A DNA stretch of 57,037 bases from a virus (taxonomy: Duplodnaviria; Caudoviricetes): positions 1 to 57,037 of IMG/VR virus record IMGVR_UViG_3300027801_000026; one strand, written 5' to 3'. The notes under the pieces were generated by a model, which did no database searches, had not been told where the DNA came from, and saw only the letters and a list, made by a program, of their open reading frames with translations. The first letter of the stretch is position 1. Every line of letters begins with the position of its first letter. This document shows, piece by piece, positions 10,220 through 21,200 of this stretch. Made by a program: the position numbers and the translations under genes.

Positions 10220-11218
10220 CTATATATTATAAATATAAACTAATTCGGTTATCCACCCATCCTTATCTGTGAAATTTTCTTTCATAAATGATTTTAAAGA
10301 TAAAAACCATTGATTTTTTTCTTCGTAAGGAGTATTGATTAACTGAGTATAAATATCACTAAATTCTTTTTTAGATGAAGCTCTGTAAGGATATTTAAAA
10401 TCTTTACACCAAGTTTTGTGTAAAATTGGTAATTTACCATAATCTACTGCCTCAAATATACCATATCCAAATGGTTCATTATTAAAACATGAATGAGATA
10501 TACCCCAATCCATATTATAGAATACATCTCTATATTCGGATTTATAATGATACATTTTCATTTTACGAGTATCCATTTTTAATCCATTTTTCCAAAGAGT
10601 ATTAAACTCACTTGAATTAGTAAATACATATGATGGTAACCCATCCAAGTAACGAGGATTCTTTCTACCCTCGGTTCTTGCTGCAAATCCTATTCTCTTA
10701 GAATCAGTTAATGGTAAGTTTTGTTTAAATTCGTAAAAATTAGGTATATTTTTATTTTTTATCAATATATCAAATAAACCGACCCATATAGAATGAGTTG
10801 ATATATCATTTATTTCAGTTTCCCACTTTGAATCCATATATGGGTGTTGTACAAATGAACTATCATTTCCCATTGATGATTTTAATATATGATCTACTGA
10901 ATTATGTAATATGTTTGAATGTATTTTGTGTTTGTTCTCTTCTATTACCTTCATTGGAGTATAATGTCCATGTAATATGTTGATTCTTCTTGCACCATTA
11001 CACAATTCTTCAAATTTATCAATATCATCACCGTGCCAATGGGCTTCTATTGGAAATTCGTAATCTTCATGTCCTTTTGGTTTGTTTCTATGTAAAAGAA
11101 GTATAGGTTTTACATCTAATTTGGGTGCAATTAACTCTAACCATAAATTTACCCAAGTATCAGTACCAGCATTTACCCAAGGTCCTCCACCAGTAGTATA
11201 ATATACATCATACATCAT
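10220..11218 (-). CDS. GT-B fold glycosyltransferase (GT4-like)
   Basis: EPFGYGIFEAVDYGKLPI (E-x7-E) motif, R....K donor-binding motif (ARTEGRKN), Gly-rich N-terminal loop. Confidence 0.8.
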   Translation of the reverse strand: MMYDVYYTTGGGPWVNAGTDTWVNLWLELIAPKLDVKPILLLHRNKPKGHEDYEFPIEAHWHGDDIDKFEELCNGARRINILHGHYTPMKVIEENKHKIHSNILHNSVDHILKSSMGNDSSFVQHPYMDSKWETEINDISTHSIWVGLFDILIKNKNIPNFYEFKQNLPLTDSKRIGFAARTEGRKNPRYLDGLPSYVFTNSSEFNTLWKNGLKMDTRKMKMYHYKSEYRDVFYNMDWGISHSCFNNEPFGYGIFEAVDYGKLPILHKTWCKDFKYPYRASSKKEFSDIYTQLINTPYEEKNQWFLSLKSFMKENFTDKDGWITELVYIYNI

Positions 11219-11221
11219 AAA

Positions 11222-12589
11222 TTACTTTTTAATAATTACTTTTCCTGCAAAAGTTGTAGAAAATACAACAGTTACTTGATTTACTGAGTTTGTTGTTATT
11301 GAATTTGGTATTTCTTGTTGAGATGTAACTGTATTCCAACATTGTACTATTGGATATTGTTCGTTTAGATTATGAGATATTACATAAGAAGTTGCACCAG
11401 TTATAGTTTGTTTATATGTGGTTAAATCTGTTACTTGAGATGATCCACTTATAATTCCACTTGGAACATCTGTAAAATTATCATAATCTAAGTAATATAT
11501 TCCATCTTCACCATCTAATAGATTTGCATCAGATGCAGTTCCTTGTACAACGTGTCCACCCTTAGCTACAACGATTCTTCCACTTTCAGTACTTGCAAAT
11601 GTTACGGTTACTGTATTTGTATTGGTTGTTATGATTGAACTTGGTAAAAAGTAACTATCGTTATCATCATATACACTAACTATTACATTTTTTGTACCAA
11701 AGTTGTGAGTTACTGCTTTAGAAGTTGCATTAGTAAACGTATCTGTTACGGTTGCAACTTGGTCTACTGATAATCCTGTTAAACTACTACCATCTCCTTG
11801 AAACGAACCACTAAATGAACCACTAACGGTCATACTACTTAAAGTACTACCATTTATTTGTCCTGAACCACTTATTACAGAATCTCCTAATTTTGATAAA
11901 AATGTTGATGTTAATTGTGAAGAACCAGATACAATACTTGTTCCACCAGTTATTTGAGCTAATGTTATTGAATTACCAAGTGGAGTTGATATACCAGCAA
12001 TGGTTATTGTAGAATTAGTAAGTGAAGCGTTAGCTAAATTTTCAATGGTATTATTATCACCATCAATTGATTTGTTTGTGAGAGTTTGTGTACTACTTAA
12101 ATCTACTATTGCTATTTCAGAACCACTTATACCGGCCGTCCATACATCGTTTGTAGAATTCCATAGTAATGAACCACTTACGGTAGAACTACCAGTTGCG
12201 TCCTTTATATAGATACCACCTGTTGTGGATGAACCACCATAGTTAAGTTCTATGATATTATCACCTATATTAAGTGATGTGGTGTCAATAGTTGTTGTAG
12301 TACCCTCTACTGAGAGGTCACCTGATATTATTACGTTGTTTGAAAATGTTTTGTTACCTGCAATGGTTTCATTGCCAGTTAGGTTAACGTATCTAGAGTC
12401 ATATGATGAAGTAAAAAAGTCAAAAGAATCTTGTGTTGCTAGTTCAAGAATAGATGGTGTACCACTATCCTTTTCAAAATACAACTTTCCATCATACGTA
12501 TTAATGGCCAATTCACCGAGAGCGATGTTGGATGTTGTTGGTACTCTACCTGGTACCGATGTTCTTTTAAGTTTAACTACCTGGGCCAT
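11222..12589 (-). CDS. Tail fibre/appendage protein with Mtd-N-like N-terminus and two HN(F/L) beta domains
   Basis: MAQVVKLKRTSVPGRVP...GELAINTYDGKLY; VTHNFG and ISHNLN domains. Confidence 0.75.
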   Translation of the reverse strand: MAQVVKLKRTSVPGRVPTTSNIALGELAINTYDGKLYFEKDSGTPSILELATQDSFDFFTSSYDSRYVNLTGNETIAGNKTFSNNVIISGDLSVEGTTTTIDTTSLNIGDNIIELNYGGSSTTGGIYIKDATGSSTVSGSLLWNSTNDVWTAGISGSEIAIVDLSSTQTLTNKSIDGDNNTIENLANASLTNSTITIAGISTPLGNSITLAQITGGTSIVSGSSQLTSTFLSKLGDSVISGSGQINGSTLSSMTVSGSFSGSFQGDGSSLTGLSVDQVATVTDTFTNATSKAVTHNFGTKNVIVSVYDDNDSYFLPSSIITTNTNTVTVTFASTESGRIVVAKGGHVVQGTASDANLLDGEDGIYYLDYDNFTDVPSGIISGSSQVTDLTTYKQTITGATSYVISHNLNEQYPIVQCWNTVTSQQEIPNSITTNSVNQVTVVFSTTFAGKVIIKK

Positions 12590-12738
12590 ATATATGACAA
12601 TCTTTTTCTAATTAATAAAATTACAATACTTCTCACAGAATACATGACCTTTATATAAAGATATATATGTATTTTACAAGTTTATTATCAAATTTCCTAA
12701 CTATACTGAATAACCTTATATAAGATTAACCGATATTG

Positions 12739-15700
12739 TTAAGATATTTTACTTTTCAATTCCTCTATTTGTATTTGTTGTTCTTTAATAGCTTCTATAA
12801 GTAATCCAGTAAGTTTGGCGTAATCTACACCCTTAAATCCATTATCTCTATCAATTACCAACTGAGGAAGTACTTTTTCTACATCTTGTGCAATTACACC
12901 AACATTTGGTAATGTTTGTTGTAATATATCAGCGTTTGAATTCCAATCCCAAGTTACACCTTTTAATTGTTGTACTTTTTCTATTGGGTTTGAAATTAAT
13001 TCAATGTTATCTTTTAATCTTTCATCTGAAGATGCATATGCTACAATATCTCCACCTACGTTCAATGCTCCACTTATACCAACTCCACCAGTCACTATAA
13101 CTGCTCCGGTTGTTTTAGTTGTAGAAGCGGTTGTGTTAGAGAATGTTTTAGCTCCACTTAATGTTTGTGTTCCACTTAAGTGTGCCGTATTTGTTGATAA
13201 GTATGCATCTGCGATAACACTACCTTGCCATACACCACTTGAAATTGTTCCAACTTCTGTGATATCTAAAGCATTTATATCAGCTTTTGTTTGGTCAGCA
13301 GTTGCAGAAGTTTCAATACCATCTAATTTAGTATTATCGGCTGAAGTAAAGTTTATCTGTGTTAATCCACCATCTCCTACTGAATATGTAGTGTTGGTAT
13401 TAGTAGTATATGAAGGTAAACCAAATGAACCATCGTGTTTTAGGAAATGTCCTGCAGTTCCTGCTGATGGAACGAAATTACTATTTCCAGTTCCAACAAG
13501 AGTTCTTATTTGAGCTGCTGTTTGGTCAGCGGTTGCTGATGCTTCAATAGCATCTAATTTAGATTTTAGAGTAGTTGTAAAGTTTTGTTGTGTTAAACCA
13601 CCCGCACCAACAGTAGCTAATTGAGAAGTTAATGCAACTGTTCCTGTTGTATCTGGTAATGTTATTGTTCTATCAGCTGTTACACTTCCTGCAAGTAATG
13701 TTACTTCATATGCATCTGCCGCGTTTCCTTCAAATATCACACCGTTACTTGTTGATACAGTTGCTACATTATTTGTAGTTGTTGTACCGGTTACGGTTAT
13801 ACTACCAGGGAATGTGATTGTATCAGATGAATCACCGATTGTAGCGGCACCACCTAAAGAAGCGTTTAATGCAGATTTAACATCGGCCGTTGTTGTAGTA
13901 TTTGTGTTGGCCGTCATATCATCTGCAACTAAATCAATAGTTCCATCTCCATCTACATATGTAGCAGATATTCTTGTTTCGGTGTTTCCACTAAACATAG
14001 CACCTACTATATCTTGTACTGCTTCAGTTGATAACTGAGTATTTGTATCCGTATTAGTAGTATATGAAGGTAAACCAAATGAACCATCGTGTTTTAAGAA
14101 ATGTCCTACTGTTCCAGCTACTGGTACGAAATTACTATTTCCAGTTCCTACTAAACTTCTTATTTCAGCTGCTGATTGGTCAGCGGTTGCTGAGGTTTCA
14201 ATTCCACTTAATTTAGTGTTTAAAGCTGAAGTGAAGTTAACATCCGATTGTGTTGCTACTACGAAATCAATATCACCAGTTGTATCTTGATAAGTTACAG
14301 TTATTCCTGTCTCAGTTCCACCTAACATTCCACCAACGAAATCTTCAACTTGTTCTTGTGATAGTTGAGTGTTTGTATCCGTATTAGTAGTGTATGAAGG
14401 TAAACCAAAAGTACCATCGTGTTTTAGGAAATGTCCTACTGTACCAGCTACCGGTACAAAGTTACTATTTCCAGTTCCTACTAAAGTTCTTATTTCAGCT
14501 GCTGATTGGTCAGCCGTTGCTGATGCTTCAATAGCATCTAATTTAGATTTTAGAGTAGTTGTAAAGTTTTGTTGTGTTAAACCACCCGCACCAACTGAGT
14601 ACGTTGTGTTTGTATCCGTAGAAGCAATTGTACCTCCAGCAGAAATAGTAACATTTGTACCAGCGGTTAAAGCAGCAACTACATTAGTTGAATCCGTTAC
14701 ATCTGCTGATGCTTCGATTGCATTTAGTTTTGAATGGTCAGCATCTGTAAATGTATTTGAATCTGTACCAGCTTCAACGGCTGCTACAATTTCTGCATTT
14801 GATTGATCTGCCGTAGCACTTGCTTCAATTGCATTTAGTTTTGAATGGTCAGCATCTGTAAAGTCATTGGTAGTTAATCCACCATCACCAACTGAATATG
14901 TTGTATTGGTATTGGTAGTATATGAAGGTATTCCGAATGTTCCGTCATGTTTTAAGAAATGTCCTGCTGTTCCTGCTGATGGAACGAAATTACTATTTCC
15001 AGTTCCTACTAAAGTTCTAATCTCTGCTGCTGTTTGGTCAGCCGTTGCAGAAGTTTCAATACCATCTAATTTAGTATTATCTGCCGATGTAAAGTTAATT
15101 TGAGTTAATCCCCCATCACCAACAGTAGCTAATTGAGAAGTTAATGCAACTGTTCCTGTTGTATCTGGTAATGTATAAACTCTATCAGCAGTTAATCCAC
15201 CGGCCTTTAATGTTCCTTCGAAATCATCAGCAACTGTTCCTTCAAATATAATTCCATTAGAAGTACTAAGTGTTTCAATGTTTTCTGTTGTTGTTGTTCC
15301 AGTTACTACTAAATTACCAGCAACTGTAATTGTATCAGATGAATCACCGAATGTTGCAGTTCCACCTAAAGAAGCGTTTAATGCAGATTTAACATTTGCT
15401 GTATCCGTTACATCTGCTGATGCTTCGATTGCATCTAATTTAGATTTTAGAGTAGTTGTAAAGTTTTGTTGTGTTAAACCACCAGCTCCTACTGAGTACG
15501 TTGTATTTGTATCCGTATAATTTCCACTATGTAAATTAGTAGCACCTTGGTCTGTTGTCCAATCAATATGTTCGTTTCCTACAAAACCAGTTGTACTATC
15601 ATGTGTTATTTGTACTGAACCACTAACAGTTCCACCAGGTAATGAAGTTAATACATTTGCTGCATCTGTTACATCTGCTGATGCTTCAATAGCATCTAAT

Positions 15701-17490
15701 TTCGATTTTAGAGTAGTTGTAAAGTTTTGTTGTGTTAAACCACCCGCACCAACTGAATAAGTCGTGTTTGTATCCGTAGAAGCAATTGTACCTCCAGCAG
15801 AAATAGTAACATTTGTACCAGCGGTTAAAGCAGCAACTACATTAGTTGAATCCGTTACGTCTGCTGATGCTTCGATTGCATCTAATTTAGTATTATCGGC
15901 TGATGTAAAGTTAATTTGTGATAACTCTCCATCTTGAATAGAATATGTTGTATTCGTATTTGTTGTATAAGAAGGTAAACCAAATGTACCATCGTGTTTT
16001 AAGAAATGTCCTGCTGTTCCTCCAGCAATTCCTAAATTTGTTCTTGCAGTTCCAGCATTTGATAAATCAGATAAGTTACTTGCTTTTGCTAATTTTGTTC
16101 CTACTGTTGTTGTTAATGCAACTACATCAGAATCTCCGTTTGCAATACTTGCAGAAATTTCTAATAATGTATCATAAGCTGCAGGTGCTCCACCTAGTAA
16201 ATCAGATACTTCTCTTTGTACATAAGCAGTTGTTGCTATTTTAGTAGAGTTATCATTATCAGCTTGTGTTGGTGCAACTGGATTACCAGTTAATGTTGGT
16301 GAAGCTAAATTAGCTTTTAAATCCAATGCAGTTTGACCAGCAGTTGAAACTGGTTTTAAAGCATCTGTTGTATTATCTACATTACCTAATCCAATATCAC
16401 CCTTTGTTAATTCTCTTGTTGCAACAGTTCCGTTTGCATCTGTTACAAGTCCACTCGTGTTCGTTGTTATATTAATATCTAAATCTGATATTATAGTTGC
16501 CCCTGTCAATGCAGTTGTATCGATATCTACAGCATCACCAGCTAAGTTAGTTGGTAAGGTATAATTTACTGTTCCTGCAGCATCAACTCCGATTGTAGTT
16601 CTAACACCACCAGCAGTTGTATCATCTAAAATAGTTTGTGCGAATGTTGAAGCAACTTGGTCTGAACCTGATACTACTCCTGCTGGAAGAGAAGTTAATA
16701 CATTTGCTGCATCTGTTACATCGGCACCTGCTTCAACTCCTGTGGTTGCACCAACTGTTAAACTTGCTGCTGTTCCACTAATATTTGTACCAACTAATGC
16801 TGATGGTGTTCCTAAAGCTGGTGTTACCAATGTTGGTGAACTTGATAATACTACATTTCCTGTTCCTGTTTTAGTTGTTACTCCTGTTCCACCTTGATTA
16901 ACAGCTATCGTAGTTCCTTGCCAAGTACCAGTTCCAATTGTTCCAACTGATGTAATTTGTGTTTGAGCTGCATCTACACTTAAACTGTGAGTTGTACCTT
17001 CACCACTTGTTGCGGCGGTTGAAGTTATTCCAGTTCCACCAGTAATTGTTCCTACATAATCACCAGTTGTGTCGGTTGTTAATACTACTGAATTTGCTTG
17101 TATGGTTGCAACTCCCCCAGCTGCTATTACTACATCTCCACTTATATTTCCAAATACACTATCTTCTAAATTAGAAAAAGTTACTTTCTTTTCTGTTCCA
17201 GCATCACTTATAACTAAATTATCTCCTTGTGCAATCGTAGCTCCACCAAGAGAAGATAGTGCATCTATATTAATTGCCGATACTCCAGTTAAACTTGAAC
17301 CATCTCCTACAAATGAACCAGTAAATGATCCAGAATAATTTACCGCTGGTTGAATAGATTGGTCAACTCCACTTGAATTTAAGGTTTTTGTTTCAAGAGT
17401 ACCGTTTTCTACGGTTAAGCTTATTAAATTTCCATTCTCATCAGATGGAAATTGAAGTGAGCCTGAAATTTTGGGGTTATGTATAATCAT
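12739..17490 (-). CDS. Long tail fibre with C-terminal intramolecular chaperone (peptidase S74-like)
   Basis: 1583 aa repeat mosaic; SSDERLKDNI...GVIAQDVE...VDYAKL...EAIKE C-terminus. Confidence 0.85.
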   Translation of the reverse strand: MIIHNPKISGSLQFPSDENGNLISLTVENGTLETKTLNSSGVDQSIQPAVNYSGSFTGSFVGDGSSLTGVSAINIDALSSLGGATIAQGDNLVISDAGTEKKVTFSNLEDSVFGNISGDVVIAAGGVATIQANSVVLTTDTTGDYVGTITGGTGITSTAATSGEGTTHSLSVDAAQTQITSVGTIGTGTWQGTTIAVNQGGTGVTTKTGTGNVVLSSSPTLVTPALGTPSALVGTNISGTAASLTVGATTGVEAGADVTDAANVLTSLPAGVVSGSDQVASTFAQTILDDTTAGGVRTTIGVDAAGTVNYTLPTNLAGDAVDIDTTALTGATIISDLDINITTNTSGLVTDANGTVATRELTKGDIGLGNVDNTTDALKPVSTAGQTALDLKANLASPTLTGNPVAPTQADNDNSTKIATTAYVQREVSDLLGGAPAAYDTLLEISASIANGDSDVVALTTTVGTKLAKASNLSDLSNAGTARTNLGIAGGTAGHFLKHDGTFGLPSYTTNTNTTYSIQDGELSQINFTSADNTKLDAIEASADVTDSTNVVAALTAGTNVTISAGGTIASTDTNTTYSVGAGGLTQQNFTTTLKSKLDAIEASADVTDAANVLTSLPGGTVSGSVQITHDSTTGFVGNEHIDWTTDQGATNLHSGNYTDTNTTYSVGAGGLTQQNFTTTLKSKLDAIEASADVTDTANVKSALNASLGGTATFGDSSDTITVAGNLVVTGTTTTENIETLSTSNGIIFEGTVADDFEGTLKAGGLTADRVYTLPDTTGTVALTSQLATVGDGGLTQINFTSADNTKLDGIETSATADQTAAEIRTLVGTGNSNFVPSAGTAGHFLKHDGTFGIPSYTTNTNTTYSVGDGGLTTNDFTDADHSKLNAIEASATADQSNAEIVAAVEAGTDSNTFTDADHSKLNAIEASADVTDSTNVVAALTAGTNVTISAGGTIASTDTNTTYSVGAGGLTQQNFTTTLKSKLDAIEASATADQSAAEIRTLVGTGNSNFVPVAGTVGHFLKHDGTFGLPSYTTNTDTNTQLSQEQVEDFVGGMLGGTETGITVTYQDTTGDIDFVVATQSDVNFTSALNTKLSGIETSATADQSAAEIRSLVGTGNSNFVPVAGTVGHFLKHDGSFGLPSYTTNTDTNTQLSTEAVQDIVGAMFSGNTETRISATYVDGDGTIDLVADDMTANTNTTTTADVKSALNASLGGAATIGDSSDTITFPGSITVTGTTTTNNVATVSTSNGVIFEGNAADAYEVTLLAGSVTADRTITLPDTTGTVALTSQLATVGAGGLTQQNFTTTLKSKLDAIEASATADQTAAQIRTLVGTGNSNFVPSAGTAGHFLKHDGSFGLPSYTTNTNTTYSVGDGGLTQINFTSADNTKLDGIETSATADQTKADINALDITEVGTISSGVWQGSVIADAYLSTNTAHLSGTQTLSGAKTFSNTTASTTKTTGAVIVTGGVGISGALNVGGDIVAYASSDERLKDNIELISNPIEKVQQLKGVTWDWNSNADILQQTLPNVGVIAQDVEKVLPQLVIDRDNGFKGVDYAKLTGLLIEAIKEQQIQIEELKSKIS
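13290..16030. repeat. Mosaic of near-identical in-frame coding repeats inside the 1583-aa fibre
   Basis: GHFLKHDG(T/S)FG(L/I)PSYTTNT x5, GGLTQQNFTTTLKSKLDAIEASA x4 and DSTNVVAALTAGTNVTISAGGTIAST x2, with near-identical DNA. Confidence 0.9.
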
Positions 17491-17539
17491 CTTTTTTTTA
17501 TTCCTATTTTATTTACTTATTATAAATATGTTTTTTTAA

Positions 17540-18193
17540 TTAAAAAGTTTCTCCATCAACAGTTCCTATAACAGTAGCTGCAGCTGTTCCAGTTACATCT
17601 CCACTTAAGGATACTTGAGCCGAACCACTAAATACTGCTCTGTCATTAATTGAGTTTAAAACTGTTGCACTAAGTCCTGCAATATTTTCAACATCTACCG
17701 AACCACTAACTATCTGACCACCTCTTGCAACAACCGCGTATCCACTTTGTATAGTTGGAAAAGTTGCTCTTACATTATCATCATCAATTATCTGTAATGT
17801 TGCAGGAATCATTTGAAAATCATTTGCATCATATACTTGAACAATTGCATTTGGAGTAGATAAGTTATGTTCTACACTCCATGTATCAGCATTTGTAAAA
17901 GATTGTTTTACAGTTGCATTTTGAGATACTGAAATACCTGTTAAAGCAGAACCATCACCTTGAAAAGCTGAAGCTGAAACTATACCTACTATACTTACTG
18001 AACCACTTAGAGTACCTTCATGATCAAGTGTAACAATTTCTTTAATATTATCACCCTCACCAGCAGAACCACTTTTACGAAGGAAAACTTTTCCATCGTG
18101 AACGTTCATTGCTAACTCACCAATTGATAAATCAGATGTAGTTGGTTTATTACCAGCAGCAATATTTCTTTTTAATTTAATTATTTGAGCCAT
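17540..18193 (-). CDS. Short fibre/adaptor protein (Mtd-N-like + HNL domain)
   Basis: MAQIIKLKRN...GELAMN; VEHNLS domain; ends VDGETF. Confidence 0.75.
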   Translation of the reverse strand: MAQIIKLKRNIAAGNKPTTSDLSIGELAMNVHDGKVFLRKSGSAGEGDNIKEIVTLDHEGTLSGSVSIVGIVSASAFQGDGSALTGISVSQNATVKQSFTNADTWSVEHNLSTPNAIVQVYDANDFQMIPATLQIIDDDNVRATFPTIQSGYAVVARGGQIVSGSVDVENIAGLSATVLNSINDRAVFSGSAQVSLSGDVTGTAAATVIGTVDGETF

Positions 18194-18209
18194 AGTTGTG
18201 TATCCTATA

Positions 18210-21200
18210 TTATTTTTCTATTTTTCTTTTCAATTCATCAACTTCTTTCGATAAATCCTTAATACCCTCAATTAATAATGAAACCAATTTATCATATTTA
18301 ACTGCTTTATATCCATCTTCACGAGTTTGTACTAATTCTGGTAAGATTTTTTCAATTTCTTGAGCAATTACACCATAATCTTTACCTTTATAAATATGTT
18401 GTTTTTCAGTATTCCAATCAAAAGAATACCCTCCAATTTTATTTATTTTTTCAAGTGGGCTGGTAATTGGTAAAATATTGTTTTTTAACTCTCTATCTGA
18501 TGATGAAAATGCAATAATATCATCGGTTGCTTTTATAGTTCCAGTTACATGAATATCATCTGATATATTAAATCGTGTATTTGCATGATTCCAAGTAATT
18601 GATTCATTAGCTCCTGCTATTTCGATACCTGCACCATCGGCGGTTGCTGAATCTGTTGAACCACTTGCAACTGTTATTAATTTATCTTCTATCTTAAGGT
18701 CTGAAACATTTATTGCAACAGAATCACCAAGTACAGTTAAGTTTCCACTAATTACAACATTACTTAATGAAGCACTTGCGAAAGTTACATCTGAAGTTGT
18801 TGTTATTCCTTGATTAGAAGCTCCTAAGTATCCCCATTGTGTTGCTGAGATTGTGTTTGTACCAATAGCTGCTATTTGAGTAGCCTCACCACTTGTTAAT
18901 GCAACTCCTTGTACACTTCCAACAGTTAATGAATCAACATTACCACTTAAATCACCACCTGCTGCTATTTGAACAGAACCACTAAAGATTCCTCCTTTAA
19001 TATTTGCAGTTATATTATTTGTAGTTCTTATTAAATCAATATTTGCAGTATCACCGAACGTTAATACATTTTCATGAGTATCACCTTCTAAAGTATCTAT
19101 TCTATCATCAAGTGATGTACTTACAGCAGAGAATCCAGTAACTGAATTTATTTGTACTTGAGATGAACCACTTACTGTTCCTGCTGGAAGTACTAATTCA
19201 ACTCCTTCTTGGAAGTGTACTGAACCAGTATCTAATGATAAACTTCTATTTGTATCAATAGTACCACCACCACTTAAACCTTTACCACTGCCAAGAGTAA
19301 TTGATGAGTGGTCAATATGTTCGTTTGCTACAAAGTTTGTAGTTGAATCATGGTCTACTTGAGAAGAACCACTAATTACACCACCTTTTAAGTTTGCAGT
19401 TAATGTATCTCCAGTTAAAATCATATCAACATTAGTTGTATCAGATACTGCTAAATTTGTTCCACTTGAAATATCAATTGTTCCAGTTAAGAATGAACCA
19501 CTTACAGATTCAATTGCAGTTAATCTTTGGTCTTGTACTCCTTGTTCAGTTGATATAGAACCTGTTTCAGTTGATAAGAAACCTAATCTTGAATCTTGTA
19601 CTGCAGTTGCAGTAATTGCAGATGCACTATAAGAGTTTAATGATTCGTTAGATACTGTTGAGTTTGCTAATTGAGCTGAACTACTAACAGTACCAGTTGG
19701 TAAATGGTCAATTACTTGTTGAGAACCTGAAACTGTTCCTGAAGGTGCACCAGCTGCTGAAACTCCATTTACAAAGTGAGCTGAACCAGTATCAATTGCA
19801 ATAACTATATTACCAGTATTACCATATGCACCAGCATCACTTGTTCCTTCTTCTGTGTGTATTAAACCTGTCGTAGTTGGTGATATTGTTGTTGTAGAGT
19901 TTACTGCTGTAATATCTCCAGCACCTGCGGCAACTAAAGCATCATTTACAGCTTTTGTTGTTGGTACAGAGTTAGGGTCATCTGCAATAGAAGCAGATAC
20001 TGCATAAAATGCTGATGTTCCTAGTGTTCTTTTCTTAAATAATCCTCCTACGTTAAATAATGCATCGTAATCAGATGAACCACCCGATGCAACACTTGAA
20101 AGTGTTAATGTAGTGAATGTTGGTGAGTCACCAGTTTGTAAACCAGTATCAACATCAGTATTTGCTCCATTAATTGTAGCTCGTACAGTACCTTGTGTTG
20201 GTGAACTAAATGTAGAACCACTAATTATTCCTCTCTTATCTAAAGAAGAACTAAATCTTGTTTCTGAATAGTATAAATTAGTACCTTCTGTTAAATCACT
20301 TGTAGTTGATGTTCCTAAGAAAGAACCACTATGTACATTATCTGCATCAGTTTTTAATTTTACCAATGCATCTGTATATCCAACCTTTGATGTGTTGGCT
20401 ATAATAGCAGATGCTTGTCCACCAGTTATAGTTGTTGGTATTCCTGTAATACTTGAATAAGTTACTTGAGATGAACCACTAATTACTGTTTCAGCATCTA
20501 ATTTTGTTTTTACTCTTGCATCTGTATAATAAAGGTTTGTATTTTCGGATAAGTTTGCGGTAGTTGATGTTCCTAAGAATGAACCACTATGTACCGCATC
20601 TGCATCTAATTTTGTTTTTACATTACTATCGAAATTAGTTATTGTATTTGCATTTACTTGTACAGAACCTGATATTAATCCTACATTATCTATTTGTTTT
20701 CTTACATCAGCTATCCAACCAGTTGTTTGGTCAGCATCTACTTGAGATGAACCACTAACTATTCCATTACCAATTGATTCATATCTTGAATCTAAATCAC
20801 CAGTAACTTGAGATGAACCACTAATTACTGTTTCGGCATCTAATTTTGTTTTTACTCTAGCATCTGTATAATAAAGGTTACCAGCTTCGGTAACTTGGTC
20901 GGTATCAATACCTGTTAGTTCCCCACCTTCTCCTTTAAATCCTACTGATGAACTTACTTTTGCATCTAATACGAAGGAAGTTGTATTGTGATCCCATTGT
21001 AATGATTTACCAGCACCATCTATCTCGATACCAGCACCATCAGCAGCTGCTGAATCGGCTGAACCACTTGCAACCGTTATTAATTTATCTTCAATTCGTA
21101 ATTCTGTTGTTGAGATTTCTGTTGCATCTCCTAAAACAGTTAAATCTCCTGTCACCGTAACATTACCAGTAAACGAACCAGTATTAAATGTTACATCTGA

